Below, piece by piece: positions 62,606 through 64,000 of a stretch of DNA of 64,000 bases (within the stretch, counting starts at the first letter, position 1; each line of letters opens with the position of its first letter). This stretch comes from Candidatus Limnocylindrales bacterium. Lineage in GTDB: Bacteria > Chloroflexota > Limnocylindria > Limnocylindrales > CSP1-4. A model generated the notes under the pieces. That model was not told where the DNA came from. It made no database searches and saw only the letters and a program-made list of their open reading frames with translations. The position numbers and the translations under genes were made by a program. Location: the NCBI GenBank assembly GCA_035720425.1, contig DASTOB010000210.1:2638-66637 (forward strand), given 5' to 3'.

Positions 62606-63903
62606 GCGCCGAGCCACTCGAGGAACGCGTCGAGGTCTGGCGGGATCGGATCGGCCAGGCCGGGCCCGCCCCGCTCCGCCCGCCGCCCGGCCAGCCCGAA
62701 CGACGACGCGTCCGGCGTCTTGAGCCCGTTCCCGGTCAGGAGCACGACGACCTCGTCGTCCGGTCCGATGATCCCGGCCGCTCGCGCCTGGGCGGCCGCC
62801 GCAAGGGTCACGCCGCCGGCCGTCTCGGGGTGGATGCCCTCGGTCGCCGCGACCCGCCGGATCGCCTCGGCCGCTGCGGCGTCGGTCACCGCCTCGATCG
62901 ACCCCCGGCTCGCCCGTGCCTGTTCGAGCGCGTAGCGCCCGTCGGCCGGCGAGCCGATGGCGAGCGAGCGGACGATCGTGTCCGGGACCCGGACCGGGGT
63001 GATCTCGTCCGTGCCGGCGGCATAGGCCGTCGCGACCGGCGCGCAGCCGGCCGCCTGGCCGCCGACGAAGCGGACGGGTTTCTCCTCGACGAGCCCGAGC
63101 CGGACGAGCTCGGCGATTCCCTTGGCGAGCTTCGTGTACAGGGCACCCGAGGCGATCGGCGCGACGATCACGTCCGGCAGGCGCCAGCCGAGGTCCTCGG
63201 CGACCTCGAACGCGAGCGTCTTCGATCCCTCCGCGTAGAACGGGCGGAGGTTGACGTTGACGAAGCCCCAGCCCGTCTCGTCGGCGATCTCGAGGCACAG
63301 CCGGTTGACGTCGTCGTACGTGCCGGTGACCGGGATGACCGACGCGCCGTAGGCGAGTGCGTGATCGATCTTGGCCGGCTCGAGATCGGCCGGGATGACG
63401 ACGTAGGCCGGAAGGCCGATGGCGGCGGCAGCGGCCGCCGTGGCACCCGCGAGATTGCCGGTCGAGGCACAGGCCAGCGCCGGCAGGTTCCACTCCGCCG
63501 CCCGCGCCGCGGCGATCGCGACGGCGCGGTCCTTGAATGACAACGTCGGGTTGCGCGTGTCGTCCTTGAGCCACAGCCGCTCGATGCCGATCTCCGGGCC
63601 CAGGCGGGTGGCGGCGACGAGCGGCGTGGAACCGACGGCGAGGCCGCGCGCGGGCTGCTCGTCGGCCGGCAGGAGCTCGAGATAGCGCCAGATCCCCGGC
63701 CGCCGGGCCTCGATCCGCTCGCGGGTCAGGACGCCGTCGAGCGCGTCGTAGTCGTAGTCGACCTCGAGCGGGCCGAAACAGGCCGCGCACACGTAGGACG
63801 GCCCGAGCGGCTCCGGCCGCGCACAGTTGCGACAGCGCAGGCCCCGGATTCGCGCGCCCGGCGCGGCGTCGGATCCGGGTGGGGTCAGCAGCTCGGTCGT
63901 CAT
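62602..63903 (-). CDS. thrC: threonine synthase-family PLP enzyme with N-terminal zinc ribbon
   Basis: CRNC...CAAC zinc ribbon. PLP-Lys motif TLSFKDR. 433 aa. Confidence 0.8.
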   Translation of the reverse strand: MTTELLTPPGSDAAPGARIRGLRCRNCARPEPLGPSYVCAACFGPLEVDYDYDALDGVLTRERIEARRPGIWRYLELLPADEQPARGLAVGSTPLVAATRLGPEIGIERLWLKDDTRNPTLSFKDRAVAIAAARAAEWNLPALACASTGNLAGATAAAAAAIGLPAYVVIPADLEPAKIDHALAYGASVIPVTGTYDDVNRLCLEIADETGWGFVNVNLRPFYAEGSKTLAFEVAEDLGWRLPDVIVAPIASGALYTKLAKGIAELVRLGLVEEKPVRFVGGQAAGCAPVATAYAAGTDEITPVRVPDTIVRSLAIGSPADGRYALEQARASRGSIEAVTDAAAAEAIRRVAATEGIHPETAGGVTLAAAAQARAAGIIGPDDEVVVLLTGNGLKTPDASSFGLAGRRAERGGPGLADPIPPDLDAFLEWLGA

Positions 63904-64000
63904 CGGAACGGCTCCTCTGTCCTGCCGCGCCTCGCGGGACGCGGTGGTGGGCGTGGGAGCGTCGGGGGACCGAGAAACCGGAAGACCCTTCCTGTGAGGG

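Overview
This 64-kb window is high-GC (about 70%) and actinobacterial-type: ATG and GTG starts, frequent 4-nt ATGA/GTGA start/stop overlaps, and many spurious antisense ORFs that are a GC artefact. I call about 60 genes. The left end is a pentose-phosphate cluster (partial gnd, zwf, opcA, pgl). Then come housekeeping and transport genes: citrate synthase, corA, a LuxR-type response regulator with histidine kinase and ABC transporter, MFS and EamA transporters, and sbcDC. The centre (about 26.9-41.3 kb) is a self-contained selenocysteine and formate-dehydrogenase island. It holds selB and mobA, selA, tRNA-Sec (anticodon UCA), a divergent selD, a selenocysteine-containing molybdopterin catalytic subunit with an in-frame TGA and a bacterial-type SECIS hairpin, a fused NuoE/NuoF-like diaphorase, a separate NuoG-like Fe-S gene, and fdhD. 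The FDH alpha subunit is split exactly at the Fe-S/molybdopterin boundary. The catalytic half lies 5 kb upstream of its own Fe-S half, with a PadR/membrane pair, a vapBC toxin-antitoxin, a GYD protein and a membrane protein between them. The right third is accessory-like. It has a secreted beta-propeller-like protein, lysA, two paralogous secreted papain-fold (C39_2-like) proteins, tryptophanase, an RlpA-like protein, alkA, metH coupled to an APH-family kinase, a SpoIID/CWB2 wall protein, proline dehydrogenase, and thrC coupled to a MoaD/ThiS-like carrier. It also has several repeat families: 58-bp and 33-bp tandem arrays, and a repeat family with a CCCCATTCATG core that forms a roughly 60-bp inverted pair around lysA. 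No CRISPR array, rRNA or transposase is recognisable. The only RNA gene found is tRNA-Sec.
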